DNA of 64,000 bases from Eledone cirrhosa (lineage: Eukaryota): positions 129,518,001-129,582,000 of the forward strand of contig OZ024740.1 in assembly GCA_964016885.1 (NCBI GenBank). The letters are read 5' to 3'. Of this stretch, positions 30,016-45,822 are shown in pieces. Within the stretch, counting starts at the first letter, position 1. Each line of letters begins with the position of its first letter. The notes below the pieces were generated by a model, which saw only the letters and a program-made list of their open reading frames with translations, did not search any database and was not told where the DNA came from. A program made the position numbers and the translations under genes.

Positions 30016-30686
30016 TTATATTTAGCAGTATATGGACATCTAGATTCTGCTTGGTTCACCCTTATTCAGTGAAATAAGTAGGAATACTATTCTGAAATGC
30101 TCGAATGTTGTGAAGGCGGCGAAGAAATGGACAAGGCTATACGCGTGTTAATATATATATATATAACAGAATGTCTACCTTGGCTATAGGCGAAATATTT
30201 AGAAATGAATAATTGATTGGTAGTGAACAGATGTGCATTAATAATGCTCTGATGAAAATATCGCAAATCGACCTTTGTCGTTATTGATCGCAATCATGTG
30301 AAATATCAAAGAAAAAATACCGTATATTTACATTTTATTCCTCCTTTTCTCATACATCTCTTCATATGTGTTAGATACTAATTTCGTGACCTGCTGAACC
30401 CTGGATATATACATGCAATCATATAGAGATTAATCTATTCCAAGACTTTGAACTTATTTCCCAATCTTCCTCACAAACATACAAACACACTTACAGGCAG
30501 TCATATACAGGCACATATATGTCATTCAGTTTGCATGTTTGGATGTTTTTTGCATAATGTGTTTATTTGAATTCGCTAATATAACACTCTCAAACATAGG
30601 TTTATGTCGACACAATCATGTATGTCAGCATTGATGCTGCTCATGGTACATGTGTACGATATGTATGATTGCATATATATATATAT

Positions 30687-31113
30687 ATATTAATGAGAGG
30701 AATTCCAACTTTGTCTGATTTACTCGTTTTATTTACAATCCTTTAACATTTATAATGGTATTATAATGAAATAGTATGATAGAATATTAAATTCTAGTGT
30801 TAATTGAACAAGTACTTTCATGCTTTCGCAATCTTCACGTTCATGATATGTGGTGACAGTCAAGTTTGCAATTTTCAACTGTGCTCTGTTGAACTGTTGA
30901 ACTGTTTCAACCGTGCACATTTGAAAATTGCAATCTTGACTGTCACCACATATCATGAATCTGAAGATTGCGAAAGCATGAAAGTACTTGTTCAATTAAC
31001 ACTTAGAATTTAATATTGTATCATACTATTTCATTATAATACCATTATAAATTTTAAAGAATTGTAAATAAAACGAGTAAATCAGACAAAGTTGGAATTC
31101 CTCTTATTAATAT
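30687..31113. repeat. ~425-bp fold-back palindrome of two inverted pLTR-like units (family D)
   Basis: Arms are reverse complements with scattered mismatches, centre at about 30899; this is why the ORF track shows near-identical peptides on both strands. Confidence 0.92.
30956..30994 (+). ncRNA. Minimal type I HHR (family D)
   Basis: TGAAT-CTGAAGA-T TGC GAAA GCA T-GAAA-GTAC (palindrome)-TT-GTTCA; 39 nt, GNRA tetraloop in stem II. The inverted copy at 30805-30843 has core GUGAAGA. Confidence 0.82.
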
Positions 31114-31176
31114 AATCTTCTATACACAATCATACACACCCGTGTATATTTACCTATCTATCTATGTATCTATCTA

Positions 31177-31220
<44 letters not shown>

Positions 31221-31248
31221 CTATATGGTGTACACATGTACTATACAA

Positions 31249-31279
<31 letters not shown>

Positions 31280-31343
31280 GTCTGTGTGTTTGTATGTATA
31301 GGCATGTATACACATATATAAATACAAACTCACGCACACACTC

Positions 31344-31438
<95 letters not shown>

Positions 31439-31957
31439 GAGAGGTGGTTATGGTGATAACTATGGCAAATATTTAATTAAGATGTTATTATTCTACATTA
31501 AATTAACAAATATCTCTCATAAAACTATAATTTAGCTTCATCACAGGATTGAGTTGAAATTAGAAAAAAGTCTTACACTTCCAAGAATAGATTTATTCGA
31601 CATCTACTTCACTTCAAATGACTTAGAATCACCCACCGGGTACGTCATATGTTTTCTTGGGGAAGGTTCGGACTCATCTCTCTACATAAATATTCGTAAA
31701 ATACCATTCTGATGCTTTTACAATTATAAATTATTTTCCGTTTCAATTACGCGAAGATTGCCATATAAACAAGCGCTTATATTTTGCGTACATAACGAAC
31801 ATGGAATATGAGAATGATTGAAATTTATAGTCTCATTTAGAATAAAAACTCTGTTCTAAGAATATATCTGCTAAATATCTGTACAATAATATTTATTTAA
31901 TTATATATATATATATATACGTATGTATGTATGTTCGTATGTATGTATCTATGTATG

Positions 31958-31999
<42 letters not shown>

Positions 32000-32036
32000 C
32001 ATGTATGTATGTATATATATATATAAATATATATAG

Positions 32037-32101
<65 letters not shown>

Positions 32102-32109
32102 CATACATG

Positions 32110-32367
32110 TATGTTGATTTAAAACTGCACTATTCACAAGTGTTTTTTAACCTTCATATCATGTCTCCCTATTTTATCTGACGAAAACGCAAATGTCATC
32201 GCATGATGATATTTGTTTTTGAAATGCGCATAATAAAATACGTGGAACTCTTTTAACCATCTTTTGATCTTATATATTATTTATACGCCAGTCCTACAAA
32301 CTGTAGAGTGCTACTTATCCGATATCTGCATTGCTTTATTGTACTACAATAAAACTCACCTCCTACA
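32110..32367 (+). repeat. Solo pLTR of family B PLE in a (TA)n tract
   Basis: Matches 21688-21850 directly and 19535-19700 inverted. Confidence 0.9.
32170..32240 (+). ncRNA. Type I HHR (family B), intact core
   Basis: TATTTTAT-CTGACGA-aaacg CAAATGTCATC gcat GATGATATTTG ttttt-GAAA-TGCGCA-TA-ATAAAATA. Confidence 0.87.
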
Positions 32368-32388
32368 TATATATATATATATATATAT

Positions 32389-32462
<74 letters not shown>

Positions 32463-34311
32463 TTGAATATTCATAGAATATTTTAAGTTTACATTTAATA
32501 TTAATATTTGTCCCTATTCGGTCCTGATTGCTCTCACCTAAATTCAAAGGTGAATTTAGGTGAGATTGCTCTCACCTAAATTCTTCTGTATGTAAGAGCA
32601 TTTCCATTTCAATAAGTATGTGTAATACGCTATTCTTTACTTCAGAAAATATTAATTGATATATCAACAAGTTTGATATATATTGTAGGCAAAATATAAT
32701 TAGTTGACGCACTTTGAAATACGAATTAATTAGTAAATGAAAGAAGCCTTCATATAAAACAACGTCATTATTTAACCGAACGAAACTGTCGGTAATCTTA
32801 TTACTTACGGTACTAAATATTTGTATGCTATCCACCGTCGTTGTTTCCTGTGTGATCAAAGCACTCAAAATTAAAATGGCGCAGTTTTAACTGTATGACC
32901 GATTTGTAAAATTCTCTGAATATATAATATGCTGTAGCCAGCTAAGGTGGTCATTTTTAAGTTTCATTGGCTTATAATTCGTAGATAGACTCCTCCTGTA
33001 GGTGGGACAGACAATGTATCGATTCCAACGCATATATATAAATTAATATGACTGATTCTTATTGATAGATTTCTCTCACCATGGAAAGTCGTGTAATTGA
33101 ATCAATCACTGCCATAAAACATGTATCTATTTAAATGACATATTAGTCATTCAATGAATCCACACATGTTCTCAAACGTGTTGTGATGCAGACATGTTCC
33201 ATTAAATAGTTTATATGACTTAATGTGTATTTTTTCGAACCAGATATTTGTAAAGTATAAGTGTAAACTTATAAATGAATGGAATTACACCCTAAATTCA
33301 TTAAAAGTTTATTTCTATCATAATAACAACACCACGAATTTAGGGAATGGGTTTGCAAAGTTGACCTCAACGTCATTTGAACACACAACGTGAAGGTATG
33401 CCACAACATTTCCAACGACATTCATCCATCATATTACTGACTCTCCCAATCGACCAATTTGTATAAATATAAATATTGAATGACGCACATTTCGAAAAGC
33501 AGACTTTTTGTGTGACTCACAAGTTGACATTGCTCCTGTAATGCTTTGAGTTCAAACTAAAGCCACTTCGGCATTGGCATTTCGATTGTCATAATGAGAC
33601 AATGGTATCGATTAAAAATGAATATACATGGGACCTTTCATGAATGAGGTGAATGCGATAAATCAATGTAAATGAAACCATCTTTTAATAGAATCCCTTC
33701 TCATTGGAAGTAAATAACAAAATATATGACATTATAGAAATCATAATTTGTATTCTGGAAACACTTGGAGGTCACAGGATGTTTATATATATATATATAT
33801 TTTTTTTTTTCAATCACATTTTTTTTATTTGTTTGTCCCGAATTACTTGGTCGTTTCTATGGCTATGCGGATGACGGTTTAACCATCGTCTCAGTGTGTT
33901 TGGCCTTTAACGTATGTTGTATCTCTGGTTCGTCAGAATTATTGAGCGCTTGCTACACATCTCGGAAGTTGTTTTTCGCTAATTCCAAAGCCGAAATACG
34001 ATTCTCGCTAATTTATATTTATATATATAGAGAGAGAGATATATACACTGCATATGACGTTGTACGGACTGAGAAATATACCGCGTGTGGGGTTACGTGT
34101 TATATACTGATATATATACATACGGATCAACACCAAATAGTAGTAATAGCTCACAGGTGTCCCAGTTTAAGACCAATGAAAACAAAATATTGATTTCTAC
34201 TTCAGACAAAACACATCGTAGTTGAAGATTATAGCTATGTACATCGGTTGAAATGTCATACGAGCAGTTGTTTCATCGCCCAATGAACGGGAGAGAAAAT
34301 CAACAAATAAT

Positions 34312-34438
34312 TGTTTCTACTTTTGGCACAAGACCAGCAATTATCCCAGTGCATTACTAGAACGTTATTTTATCGACCCCGTAAAGATGAAAGACAAAGC
34401 TAACGTCGGCCGGATTTGAACTCAGATCATAAAGGGGC
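34312..34438 (-). mobile_element. tRNA-derived SINE (family 1), 5'-truncated, with 17-bp TSD
   Basis: TSD GAAAATCAACAAATAAT at 34295-34311 and 34439-34455. Confidence 0.85.
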
Positions 34439-36239
34439 GAAAATCAACAAATAATGAGAGACTCACATATGATTTTGAAACACATTGTCACATGTTCACA
34501 ACATATATACATACTAAGCATGGTAAATATGTATGCTTACCTACGTTTACTGGGTAAATTGTGTTCTATGTTATGACAAAAATAATTATTTCTTAGATGA
34601 ATCACATACGCAAATATCAAATACACATCCACACACACACAAACATATATAGATACATATTGTGAGTGTGTGTATGTGTGTATGTGTGTGTATGTGTATA
34701 TATATGTGCGAGGGTATACATTCCCAGATACCAATATGAATATATTTATTTTTTTGTAAATATTTATATGTATATATATATTGACCGACGGTCCGATTTG
34801 ACGAAAGTCGATCGTTCCTAGATATATATTGAGAGAAAGATAATATATTAATATAGGAGGAACTTCTCTGCACTCTATGCGTTAATATGAATGTTGTATT
34901 CTTTCTTAACACGTGTATCAACATTTGTTAGTTTTAGAATTCAAATTGCGATATCGAAGTTTCAATATAACATATTTTGTTCATAATCATGCGCACCTCA
35001 TTTTTCGCAAGTTACCAGCTGTTAGGTCTAACCAATTTAAATGTGATCAAAATATTAAAGCAAATTGAAACCTAATTGTCCACTGTAAAACAATAGCAAT
35101 ATAAAATCTAGATGATAGTATTGGCGATATTTGATACGAAACGTATTTTTCGAGAACTTTCCAACTTCACAAAACTCATTGCCAATTGGCACTAACATAA
35201 AACTCAGGATGTTTCATTGGAAATGATGGTTATTAGATTTGACAATATTGGATAGTGATCATATCCCATTCAAGAAGCCTCCATATTTTAATATCTATCT
35301 ACGGTTACTGCTGTTTCGTTCTCTTCTTCAAACTTAGGTAATATTAATAAGCTTTGGACTTCGATTCTAATAAACATATGTTGTGTTCGATAATTCTCGA
35401 CAGATCCATCTTAATTATCCAATAACAAATTCAAAGTACGATGATTCAAATTGTCAAGGTAGACAATTTGAAATTATGACATGAATAAAATGAATTCAGA
35501 CCTCAAAGATTATTGAGGATAGAATAAAAAAACCTCTAATAGACGCAGTTCAGCGATGTCTAACAACTAAACACATTTACATTTGACTAGAAAAATCGCA
35601 GAACGATTATCATTGGATCATGCATATCCCATTGTAAAACTGAAAACTGTGTCTCCTACAAACTGAAAACTGTGTCTCCCACTACGCAAAGCAAGTTCCT
35701 CGAATATAAAAAAAGCTTTCCAAATCAATTCAAATTATGTTAAGATTTTAAAACACTCACACGTAAATTCCGGAATCTAATTGCCCGTAAATACATGCTT
35801 TATACCGCAAGGATCAAGTGTTGGTGAAAATAAAATTATAATTCATGAAATACCATTTCCTAGTCGTTTATTTTATTTGAACACTAAAATCAGAGTTCGG
35901 ACAATCAATTCCGCTCGTAGGAGTGTGTCTGTGTGATAATGTGCCTACGTCTTTGTGTGATTAAAACATTCTCTTCAAGAGTTCTGTCGTTAGTACGCAG
36001 TGCGTTGCGTCATCAGGAAGTGTTCTTTACAATAAGACAATCGGGCCGCATGTTCCTTGAAATTGAAATTTGGGAGACCAAATAAACACATCTTTATACA
36101 CACAGACACACACGCGCACACACACACGCACACATACACATACACACACACAAACATACACACATACATATATATAAATTATAGATGCGTATGTGAGTGC
36201 TATATGTATATATGTATGAATATATATATATATAATATG

Positions 36240-36279
<40 letters not shown>

Positions 36280-36405
36280 TATATATATATATAAACATTA
36301 ATAACAATATGTATATACATATATACATATATATTAATATAAATATGTATATATGTATGTACATATTAATTTAATGTATATATATATATATATATATACA
36401 TATGT

Positions 36406-36450
<45 letters not shown>

Positions 36451-36453
36451 CAT

Positions 36454-36571
<118 letters not shown>

Positions 36572-37237
36572 TATTGGTACATCACCTGTGGCACTCCTAC
36601 TCACACAATCACATAGTTATACACACACACTCACATGCAAAGAAATACACTCATACATAAAGATACATGCAAACATTCTGACACGTACAAACGCACACAC
36701 ACACACTGACTCTCCACACACACCCACTGAGTGATATAGAGACACTGGTAAGGCATCCAGCCGCATACACCATCACAAACAAAATATGCACCATTTCAAC
36801 ACACGTATTCCTTTCCTCACGTGTATAGAGGGAACAAATCAAAACAACATACGCACATATACTCCCGGAATATACATCATTCGCCTACACGCCGGCTTCA
36901 TAATATCAGTACACACACCACACGCCAGAACATTTCACGCTCATCTCACTTATACTGATAATCCCCAATAACTTCTTTTATTTTTCTTCAACTTTCTAAC
37001 TTCATCAATCTCATAACTGGAATGTTTCCAGAAAAAGTGCAAACGTCCAGCACGGGTGAGCCTCCTAAAATTAACATTGTACCTTTTAGTTTGGCTTCTT
37101 TGTATCTTTTACTATATATATATGTGTGTGTGTGGGGAGGGGGGATTCTATAGAAATTCGAAAATGTATTTATGTATATTCCAACACCAGCAGGTCATAG
37201 ATACATACACACATAGATACATATATACATACATATA

Positions 37238-37317
<80 letters not shown>

Positions 37318-37328
37318 CATACATACAT

Positions 37329-37361
<33 letters not shown>

Positions 37362-37362
37362 C

Positions 37363-37441
<79 letters not shown>

Positions 37442-37520
37442 CATACATACATACATATATATATATACAAATATATATATATATATATACGTGTGTGTGT
37501 GTATGTATATATATATATAT

Positions 37521-37629
37521 ATTAAAATAACAGATTAAAGTTTAAGCAAAGAATCGCTGCTTTCACCCTTAACGGAAGATCCCGTTAAGGGTGACAGCAG
37601 CGATTCTTTGCTTAAACTTTAATCCTTTA

Positions 37630-37636
<7 letters not shown>
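37521..37636. repeat. Fold-back palindrome, family J pLTR-like
   Basis: GATTAAAGTTTAAGCAAAGAATCGCTGCTTTCACCCTTAACGG / CCGTTAAGGGTGACAGCAGCGATTCTTTGCTTAAACTTTAATC; related copies at 41236-41352 and 41533-41621. Confidence 0.85.
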
Positions 37637-37661
<25 letters not shown>

Positions 37662-37672
37662 CACCCACACAA

Positions 37673-37755
<83 letters not shown>

Positions 37756-37886
37756 GATAAATCTACCAAGAGTTTACGGTAGTGTCCAATCCGTATGAAG
37801 AACTCAATGTATTCCGGATATCATGGAAAGAAGAGATGTAATGAAAAATCACTTTCGGTGAAAGATAAACGGTATACAGAGTCAAG

Positions 37887-38398
<512 letters not shown>

Positions 38399-38627
38399 TT
38401 GTGTGGGTGTATACATATATATATATATATAAGTATGTGTGTATATATGTATGTATATGTTAATGCATCTATGAGCTCTGTTGGAAAATACATAAATACA
38501 TTTTCGAATTTCTATAGGGCCACGACGATTATTCCATGGAATACTGAAGTGACTATGAATCTAACTAGAATTAAGATTCAGCATAATCCATCTATACAAG
38601 GTTTGCGATTCTAAAAGCTGCACGCAC

Positions 38628-38722
<95 letters not shown>

Positions 38723-39568
38723 AACACGCAAACACGCACCCACACGCCCCCACACACACATACACGTATATATATATATATACTCAGTTAAACCTAATTG
38801 AACTTAACCCTAACAAATCGAAGATATTTATTCAAAACTCTATGCGCGTTATCAACTATGATACTCACCTCACCAGAACTATTATGAAAAAAAAATGTGT
38901 GTGAGTGATAAATGGAGAAAGAGCATGAGCGAGACAAGAAGATTGTGGTGTAGTCAAGTAAGAGAAACAAAACATACGTAGCACAATCGATAGGGAAAGA
39001 CTGCATGCAATACATGAACACTTGCTGGATCCGAAACTATGCTTTTCGTCTGGACTCAATTTGCTCGTATACGTATGAACAATTATATAAAGATAGATGT
39101 CAGAATATATGAAAATGTAAACAAAGCTTTCTTTATAAGAACATTGAACCCACCTACAGATATAATGAATATGTATAGGTAAAGGTATTCACCCAAATTG
39201 AAGGGATTACACATAACTTATCTTTGAAATTGTTCTAAACGTGTTCATTGGACGAGTACATGGAAAATATTCACGTCGATTATAAGCACCAAGGGTATAG
39301 TTAATCCTTCGATAATAGCATTAGCAGGGAAATGTGGGGGAACTTAATCTCAGAGAGAAACGCGTAAAGAATGTATATTTTCTCTCGTAGTTTGCTAAAT
39401 TCACAATCATAATATTAATCACTGACAGATATATGTGTAAACACACACATACACACAACGCACTTCCACACGCATACACACACACACCCACACACATATA
39501 TTTATATACGTATGTATATATATATATATGTATATATATATATAAATATATAAATACATATATATATA

Positions 39569-39652
<84 letters not shown>

Positions 39653-39736
39653 AAAGGTAAACAGAAATAACAACACAATCGGTACAGTATATGGAAGGAA
39701 TATATTAGGTTAACTCTTGATATAGCAGGAAGAGTG

Positions 39737-39772
39737 TCTTAACGTTTCGGAAGCTCGTCCTTCACCAGAAGA
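39737..39772 (-). ncRNA. Minimal HHR motif (family F), core CUGGUGA
   Basis: Minus strand TCTT-CTGGTGA-AGGACGAGCTTCC-GAAA-CG-TT-AAGA. Confidence 0.55.
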
Positions 39773-40084
39773 AATAATGAGAAATAAGATAGATTGATGG
39801 GACGGACGAGATGGAATTGAAAAAAAAATGTCTTTAGATAAAAATAACAGGTACATTCATGTTGACATCTCCTGCAAAACTGTTTGGTGCTGGCGTTTTG
39901 TCTATGATTTATATATATATATATATATCACATGAGAAACGGAGAATCAGTGTTGCTACGTTTCTTATGTGATATAATATTCTGCTCTGTAAGAGCATCG
40001 AGTGCTTAAACGCCTTACCGCTTACGGACGCTTTAAACATCTCACACCAATTATATATATATTTATATATATATATATATCAGA

Positions 40085-40252
40085 AAGGGTGTGGTAAAAT
40101 ACCAGGTGGACCCACCAGAGAACTCCATACTTGCGGTAGTAGAGTGGGTAATATGAAAATATTCAGAACCCCGCAGCTGGACTCCGGCCGTTTCGGCAGT
40201 TTGTGTCTAGCTGTGGAAACGGCAGGAGATCAACTGTCGAGGTCGTGAATGT

Positions 40253-40258
<6 letters not shown>
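40085..40258 (-). repeat. Family G pLTR-like fragment with diverged fold-back
   Basis: GGTAGTAGAGTGGGTAATATGAAAA...CCGTTTC..GAAACGG...TTTTCATA. Confidence 0.65.
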
Positions 40259-40314
<56 letters not shown>

Positions 40315-40590
40315 GTGTGTGTGTCTGTGTGTGTGTATGGATATATATATATTTATATATGTTACATTGACAATTTAATTAGGAGCAGAAATGATTATCA
40401 TTATTAACACCCAGCTTTTCAAGGATACGGACTACGGCGAAATACCAAACGCAGAATACCATATCGGAAACCGGACCAAAATTACCATTGTGCTCAAACA
40501 TATTCACCACTAGTAACAACACAATACCCACCAAATCATAACATGTATAATGAAATCAATTACTATGTATATCTATCTCTATATATATAA

Positions 40591-40680
<90 letters not shown>

Positions 40681-41093
40681 GGATGTATATATATAGTGTA
40701 TTTTGCAATACACCGCATGCTTAATTAAAATCATTTCGAAGAACTTATGGTATTGTTTTAGAGTAGTGACAGACTCACTTACTTTAATTTTCAGCAAACT
40801 GGGGGAAATACAGCAGACAAGGTCTTGTTTCACATTTATTGTATAATCAGTTCCTGATTATTTACTAGAATTCTATAAGAAGCAAACATCCATGATTTCA
40901 GCAAACAGGAGGAGTAATTGGCTTTGATAAGCATCAATAGATGCGAAACAAGGCCTTGTGAGCTTTATCTCCCCCTGTTTGCTGAAAATTAAAGTAATGG
41001 AGTCTGTCACTACTCTAAAACAATAGCATAAGGTCCTCGAAATTCTTTTAATTAAGCATACAGTGTATTGCAAAATACACTATATATACATTC
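40681..41093. repeat. Inverted pair of ~170-bp pLTR-like units with degenerate HHRs (family I)
   Basis: 40681-40850 is the reverse complement of 40930-41093. Plus arm: GCT-TTGATAA-GCATC aata GATGC-GAAA-CAAGGCCTTG-TG-AGC. Minus arm: CTGATTA...GAAA-CAAGACCTTG-TC. Confidence 0.8.
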
Positions 41094-41139
41094 ATATACA
41101 TATAGCTATTTCAGAGCACCAATTCTAATATATATATGG

Positions 41140-41345
41140 TAATAATAATAAATGGGAAAACCAACATCCAAAGAGCGCTCATTAAGGATAAGTATATATG
41201 AAATATATAAAAACCCGAGAGAAAATATTTATTCAAATAACAGATTAAAGTTTAAGCAAAGAATCCCTTAACGGGTTCTTCTGAAACTCAGAAGATCCCG
41301 TTAAGGGCGAAAGCGGTGATTCTTTGATTAAACTTTAATCTGTTA

Positions 41346-41444
<99 letters not shown>

Positions 41445-41621
41445 ATAATAATAAATTTGAAGACTAAAATCCAAAGAGGGCTCGATAAGGATAAATATAT
41501 ATCAAATATATAAGAACCGTAGAGCAAAAATATATTAAAATAACAGATTAACGTTTAAGCAAAGAATCGCTGCTTTCACCCTTAGCGATTCTTTGCTTAA
41601 ACTGTAATCTCTTATTTTAAT
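41140..41621. repeat. Two family J pLTR-like units (41140-41352, 41441-41621), each ending in a fold-back
   Basis: Direct duplication of GTAATAATAATAAAT...AATAACAGATTAA.GTTTAAGCAAAGAATC; HHR-like AGTTT-CAGAAGA-.CCCGTTAAGGG.-GAAA-GCA...TGC-TT-AAACT when the arms are combined. Confidence 0.75.
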
Positions 41622-41623
41622 AA

Positions 41624-41661
<38 letters not shown>

Positions 41662-41962
41662 ATATATATATACAGAGAGAGAGAGAGTGAGAGAGAGAGA
41701 GTGAGAGAGAGAGAGAGAGCGAGAGAGAGAGAGAGAGAGAGGGGGTGAGAGAACAATTTATGTTTTAATTGCTTCAGGTTATTTAGCTGTCGAACAATAT
41801 AGATTCAAGACCACATGATTTTCTTTGAGAATGATTTACATACACACTCTAGCAAACATGTATCATATTTAGGAGAGTGGTTAGGCCAAAATGGATATAC
41901 GCCAGCTCTACCTAGCAAAGCAGGCGTCCACATAATGCACCCGATTACACGGATATATATAT

Positions 41963-42284
41963 ATAGGAAATAGTATGACCCCGACGGCAGAGCCCAAACC
42001 CACTCTGGACCAGAAATAGCCGTCGAAACGGGTCGAGCTCTGCCGTTGGGGGTCAAACTTTTTTTCATATTACCCACTCTACTACCCTACCTATTGATTA
42101 CTCTGGTTCGTTATGGTCTATCTGGTTCTTTACCACAACTCCAACGCTATATATATATATATATATATATATACGTAATGTATATAGGTATATATATATA
42201 TTTTTTTGGTTTCACTATCTATTTACCTGTTTATAATATCACGCGCTAAACCAATATATGTTTTCATTATACTGTACACACACG

Positions 42285-42339
<55 letters not shown>

Positions 42340-42433
42340 AACTTTTTTTCATATTACCCACTCTACTACCCTACCTATTGATTACTCCGGTTTGTTATGG
42401 TCTATCTGGTTCTTTACCACAACTCCAACGTTA

Positions 42434-42477
<44 letters not shown>

Positions 42478-42586
42478 GTAATGTATATAGGTATATCTAT
42501 ATATATTTTTTGTTTCACTATCTATTTACTTGTTTATAATATCACGCGCTAAACCAATATATGTTTTCATTATACTGTACACACAC

Positions 42587-42600
<14 letters not shown>
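41963..42600 (+). repeat. Family G pLTR-like unit plus local tandem duplication (42060-42300 / 42340-42600)
   Basis: GAAACGGGTCGAGCTCTGCCGTTGGGGGTC followed by the family tail; tail and flanking unique sequence are duplicated. Confidence 0.75.
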
Positions 42601-42678
<78 letters not shown>

Positions 42679-42928
42679 AAATATATATGTGTGTGTGTAT
42701 GTATGTACGTAAGAATATAAACATCTGAGTGCCTTTCAAAATGTAGCGTTTGGATTCCAGTCATAAATGATGGGGCGTCATGCATAGCGTTATGTATTAT
42801 GATTAAACAGAAATTCCTTCCACAAAATATCCCATATCACGGAATATAACCGTATGCTAATTGCCTCCATTGAATGCATCATGGATATGAATGGTTATTT
42901 TAGGCTATATATATATATATATATATAC

Positions 42929-43012
<84 letters not shown>

Positions 43013-43016
43013 GTAT

Positions 43017-43095
<79 letters not shown>

Positions 43096-43138
43096 ATATA
43101 TATATATGTATATATATATCTATATCTATATCTATCTA

Positions 43139-43260
<122 letters not shown>

Positions 43261-43427
43261 CATACATATTCGTGAATGTGTATTTTGTTTATGTTTTCGC
43301 GGCATATTGCTCATATTGTTTTATTTCCATCTAATATTTAAAACAAATATATGCAAGTTGCACACAGAAACGCAGACAAATACACACTGAAACGAACATT
43401 TAAAAAGACACACGCACACACATATAT

Positions 43428-43469
<42 letters not shown>

Positions 43470-43509
43470 TACAAATGTGTTTGTATAAATATATATCCGT
43501 ATATACATT

Positions 43510-43544
<35 letters not shown>

Positions 43545-44601
43545 CTGTGTGTCGGGGGGAGTGTGTGTGGAAAGAAATGGAAATTACATGACTCTGTCAA
43601 ATCATGACAATAAAGGTTTAATGTCCATGAGAGGAATATATGTATGCTTTACATTTATCGAATTACTCAACCACACACACACACTCAGGTAATCACACAC
43701 AAATTATCACAGTCAAATAACCTGACTAACACATAACATTCCTGATATGGTGCACATGCCTTACATTTCCGATTTAGTGTAACCTCAACTAAGATAGAAA
43801 ACGCATATGATCAAATTGTTTCAAGAAATAACATCCACTACCATGTTTTCATATTATCTACCTAGGAATATCTTATAAGATTGGAAATTTAAGCGACTGA
43901 ATAAGAGGAATAGTATCCTAAAGAAATTCATCAAACGTGGTAAAGTTTTGTTCGTTATTTTACATCAGCCATATCCCTAAATATTTACCATTACAGGATA
44001 CATCATTTTTATGTGCAACTAGAATATGAAGCGGCTGCGATTGTGAGTTGTGATATTTCACCACAAATCTGGGAAACTTGGTCTGATTTGGCATAGTGTT
44101 TATTATAATCCCGGACATCAATGTGTTGAGCTACAAGTGGGTATTTGAAAATATAAAATATAGTTACTTTCAAGAACAAGAAGTTACATAATGCATATAC
44201 AGAAAGAGATATGGTAGAAGCAACCAGTTATGCCATTATTTGTTTTTAATAAACCTCGTTCTCTGATGTAATTTAGTTCTCAAAAGCCACTCCTTGAAGA
44301 TCAATGCTCAAAGTTGTTTTCCTTGCAGATGAAAAATAACTTCCGTCAATTGTTTATTACCTACTTTAAGAGAAGGTACTGAGTATATTGTCAGCTACGT
44401 AGTATCCTTTTATAAAGCACATGATTTAATGTATCGTACCGGAAGCAATATTTGGCAGAGAGTAGAAATATTGACACACCCACGAAATACTTCTCGCAAT
44501 TGGTGAGATCTTACTATTTAAACATTCCTTACCGGTTTTATATTAACATTAAATATCCTCATACATTTAAACTAGGAACAGATGCGTATGAATATATACA
44601 C

Positions 44602-44642
<41 letters not shown>

Positions 44643-45228
44643 ATGTGTGTGTGTTTGTGTGTCTGCGTATGTATGTTTGTGTATGTGTGTGTGCGTGTGG
44701 GTGGGGGCTGTATGTTAGTGTGTGTGTGCCGTGTATGTTATATATAGATGGGTAGAATACGAAATTTATGAGATTGTAGCAGGATCCATCAAATGTTGAT
44801 TGATTATAGAGAAATAGTATAAACAATAAGCCACAAAGAAATAATATAATAGCAAGCCCCCTTAACTGAAAAATTGGACATTTATATAAGCTAGAAGATT
44901 CATATCATATATTTTTAGAAATGTTCTAAATGATAATGCATATAAACATACTTAACGGAAAAGAATTGACATTAGCACTTGCTAACGATAGCATTCCAAC
45001 TCGGTGACAATGTCCAACAGGTGAAATTAATGTCTATATATGTATCATGAATTATTTTACAATATGTGATAAACAGAAATAATTCAATCGAATTAGCAAA
45101 TCAGAAATTTCTACTAAATATGTCCAGTATTTAGAATAGAATTTTCCATTAAGGGTGTGAAAGAAAATTAGCAGAGCAGATTTCGTAACGTTACAACCAC
45201 AATTATGATTGTTTATCTATTTATTAGT

Positions 45229-45277
<49 letters not shown>

Positions 45278-45513
45278 TGTGTGTGTGTGGAGGGGGGGGG
45301 GTGTTAAATGTCCTCATCCATCTCACTATAAGGAGTGACAGGAAGAGAACGAATAAAAGAAAAGAATGTGAATTCCGAACTAGTCATAAGGGACCGTTAC
45401 AGAATGTGTGAAAAACATTTAAATTAGAATCGGACGAATATACAAATACCTGAAAATATAGGTTACTTGAATATATATATACATATATGTATACGATGGG
45501 CAATACGCTTTCA

Positions 45514-45545
<32 letters not shown>

Positions 45546-45763
45546 TGAAAGCGTATTGCCCATCGTCGAAACTGTAACAGCACACTTGTGGGGATGTAAA
45601 TCTTTAATATAACTACACACAACTTTCCCAGTCAACGTATTCTCAGCTGAACAAGAGTCATACTAATCTAAACTGCTAAATGCCAAACAATCTAACAGTC
45701 AATCAAAACAATCAAACAGTCAATCAAAACAATCAAAAAGTCAATCAAACAATCAATCAATCA

Positions 45764-45822
<59 letters not shown>

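Noticed and set aside
30750-31013. Near-identical peptides on both strands
   Set aside because: A consequence of the palindrome, not coding.
32809-32916. Possible minus-strand exon with AG acceptor and GTAAGT donor
   Set aside because: All three frames contain stops and there are no partner exons; it cannot be supported without RNA data.
35985-36022. Minus-strand CTGATGA followed by a hairpin
   Set aside because: No GAAA/stem III/UH follows the hairpin.
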